DNA of 63,749 nucleotides from Octopus bimaculoides. Taxonomy: Eukaryota. The notes under the pieces are model-generated. The model had not been told where the DNA came from, ran no database searches, and saw only the letters and a program-made list of their open reading frames with translations. Below are positions 61,878-63,749 of the stretch, piece by piece. Numbering within the stretch: position 1 is the stretch's first letter; every line of letters starts with the position of its first letter. The DNA is taken from contig NC_068983.1 in assembly GCF_001194135.2 (NCBI RefSeq), positions 154,582,549 through 154,646,297 of the forward strand, read 5' to 3'. The translations under genes and the position numbers were made by a program.

Positions 61878-62025
61878 TTTATCTTTTATCTTTTACTCGT
61901 TTGAGTCATTACATTGCGGCCATGCTGGAGCACTTCCTTGAAATTTTAGTCGAATGAATAGACCCCAGGACTTATTTTTTAAGGTTGCTACTTATTCTAT
62001 CGATGACTTTTGCCGAGCAATCTTC
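61878..62025 (-). mobile_element. SINE-C 3' fragment
   Basis: TTTTATCTTTTATCTTTTACT...GCGGCCATGCTGGAGCAC...GACCCCAGGACTTATT...TACTTATTCTATCG. Confidence 0.75.
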
Positions 62026-62079
62026 ACAGCAGAATGCCTTTACTTCGACGGACATGTTTCTTGATCAGGACAGATTTCA

Positions 62080-62310
62080 GCATATTTTTATGGTACTGTG
62101 TTTGATGAAGAAGCGAGTCGTACGAAGTTCCTCTTCTTTGTGCCTCCTGCCGCGTTGTGGTCTCATTTGGGTTTTCAGATAGAAATTTCTCCAGGTGCTT
62201 TTTGAACGTTTCCACACCTACACCTAGCAGATTTTTTAGGTTCCTTGGCAGGATGTTAAACAGTTGTGGTTCCTTCAAAGCCAATCTGTTGCAATACTGG
62301 GTCCTTATGG
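62080..62310 (-). mobile_element. CR1-group LINE ORF2 C-terminal fragment
   Basis: KTIRTQYCNRLALKEPQLFNILPRNLKNLLGVGVETFKKHLEKFLSENPNE...SLLHQ resembles the GPxLFNxLP...FKxxLDxFL...PDEP...SNSL C-terminus. Confidence 0.8.
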
Positions 62311-62676
62311 TTTTTCATATTTTTGTCATATTTACTCGAATCAATAAAGTATATCTTCGACAATAACTGGAGTCGATGAAACAATTGTTCCTTTTCCAAT
62401 AAGATGCACCGCCTTATGTTTGCCTTGAAAATTACTATTAAATATTTCCAGTTGCATGGACGGAGGGAAAGAAAATATCGGCATAAACGTCACTCGTACA
62501 TTTCAGCTTTTCAGAGTGAATTGCTCTAATCTACAATACTTGCGTCCAAAAACGTATAACTTTTAGTTTATTCATTTATTATTTTATTGATTTCAGTTTT
62601 TGAATTGTGGCCATGCTGGGACGCTACTGTCCTAATGGATTTCTGGCTAATTATATCGATCCTAGTATTTAGATTG

Positions 62677-63057
62677 TGGAGGCGCAACGGCCCAGTGGTT
62701 AGGGCAGCGGACTCGCGGTCATAGAATCGCGGTTTCGATTCCCAGACCGGGCGTTGTCAGTGTTTATTGAGCGAAAACACCTAATGTTCCACGAGGCTCC
62801 GGCAGGGGATGGTGGCGAAACCTGCTGTACTCTTTCACCACAACTTTCTCTCACTCTTACTTCCTGTTTCTGTTGTGCCCGTATTTCAAAGGGCCAGCCT
62901 TGTCACACTGTGTCGCGCTAAATATCCCTGAGAACTACGTTAAGGGTACACGTGTATGTGGAGTGCTCAGCCACTTGCACGTTAATATGACAATCAGGCT
63001 GTTCCGTTGATCGGATCAACTGGAACCCTCGACGTCGTAAGCGACGGAGTGCCAACA
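62677..63057 (+). mobile_element. SINE-A, full length, 13-bp TSD
   Basis: AGTATTTAGATTG at 62664-62676 and 63058-63070; tRNA-like head with A and B boxes. Confidence 0.95.
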
Positions 63058-63484
63058 AGTATTTAGATTGGTAATTAAATTCATCTGCATATATGGGGAA
63101 AGGCGGTGAGCTGGTAGAATCGTAGGCACGTGGGATAAAATTCTTCACAGCATTTCTTCCGACTCTTTACGTTTTGTGCTGAAATTCCACTAATGCGTTT
63201 CATTCCTTCGAGGGTCCATAAAATAAGTACCACTCAAATGTTGGGAATGATATAATCAACTTGCTCCTCACTCGAAAATTGTTGGCCATCAACCGTGCAA
63301 TCAGACCAGCTTCAGGTTCAAGGAGAATGTGGTGACCTCAGTTAATTATACGCCATGGAAGCCTGGTAATCAACTTTATGAGTCCTAGGATCCGAGAAAA
63401 AGTATATATACATATGAAGCAGCTCAAGATTTAATTACCAGGACTTTTGCTTGGCGCAAAATTTATACACATATGCCATACACG

Positions 63485-63708
63485 GCGAGCTGGCAGAATC
63501 GTTAGCACGCCGGGTGAAATGCTTAGCGGTATTTCGCCTGCCGTTACGTTCTGAGTTCAAATTCCGCCGAGGTCGACTTTGCCTTTCATCCTTCTGGGGT
63601 CGATTAAATAAGTACCAGTTACGCTCTGGGGTCGATGTAATCGACTTAATCACTTTGTCTATCCTTGTTTGTCCCCTCTGTGTGTAGCTCCCTGTGGGCA
63701 ATAAAGAA
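63485..63708 (+). mobile_element. SINE-B, full length (AATAAAGAA-tail subfamily), 16-bp TSD
   Basis: ACATATGCCATACACG at 63469-63484 and 63709-63724. A box TGGCAGAATCG, B box GAGTTCAAATTCC. Confidence 0.93.
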
Positions 63709-63749
63709 ACATATGCCATACACGTATACCTATATCTAGCCATATATAT

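Overview
Animal (eukaryotic) non-genic DNA from a gapped draft assembly with many N runs. It consists almost entirely of transposon debris and microsatellites. The SINE families and microsatellite density resemble an Octopus genome; this is an inference from remembered repeat families, not a database result. No host protein-coding exon, tRNA or rRNA gene could be supported, and most ORFs in the supplied track are microsatellite or N-gap artefacts. Recognisable content: (i) four tRNA-derived SINE families, named here SINE-A to SINE-D, about 40 copies, several with clear target-site duplications (TSDs); (ii) R4/Dong-like non-LTR retrotransposons with a restriction-like endonuclease (RLE), in at least three families, one embedded in (TAA)n and one in (CATA)n microsatellites; (iii) two Tx1/L1-like copies, an I/Jockey-group RT remnant, CR1/L2-group fragments and a Penelope-like RT remnant; (iv) three minimal hammerhead-ribozyme motifs of the Penelope type; (v) Tc1/mariner elements, a mariner-derived MITE, a piggyBac-like remnant and an unclassified 339-bp MITE with an 8-bp TSD. 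The most interesting signal is a set of microsatellite-targeting retroelements. An R4-like family appears to carry its own (CATA)n target inside its 3' UTR and forms a nested stack at 28.1-30.8 kb. Separately, the same SINE/(TAA)n/R4/(TAA)n/Tx1 arrangement occurs twice at 5.9-10.4 kb. Coordinates were counted by hand; ends of degraded elements are approximate.
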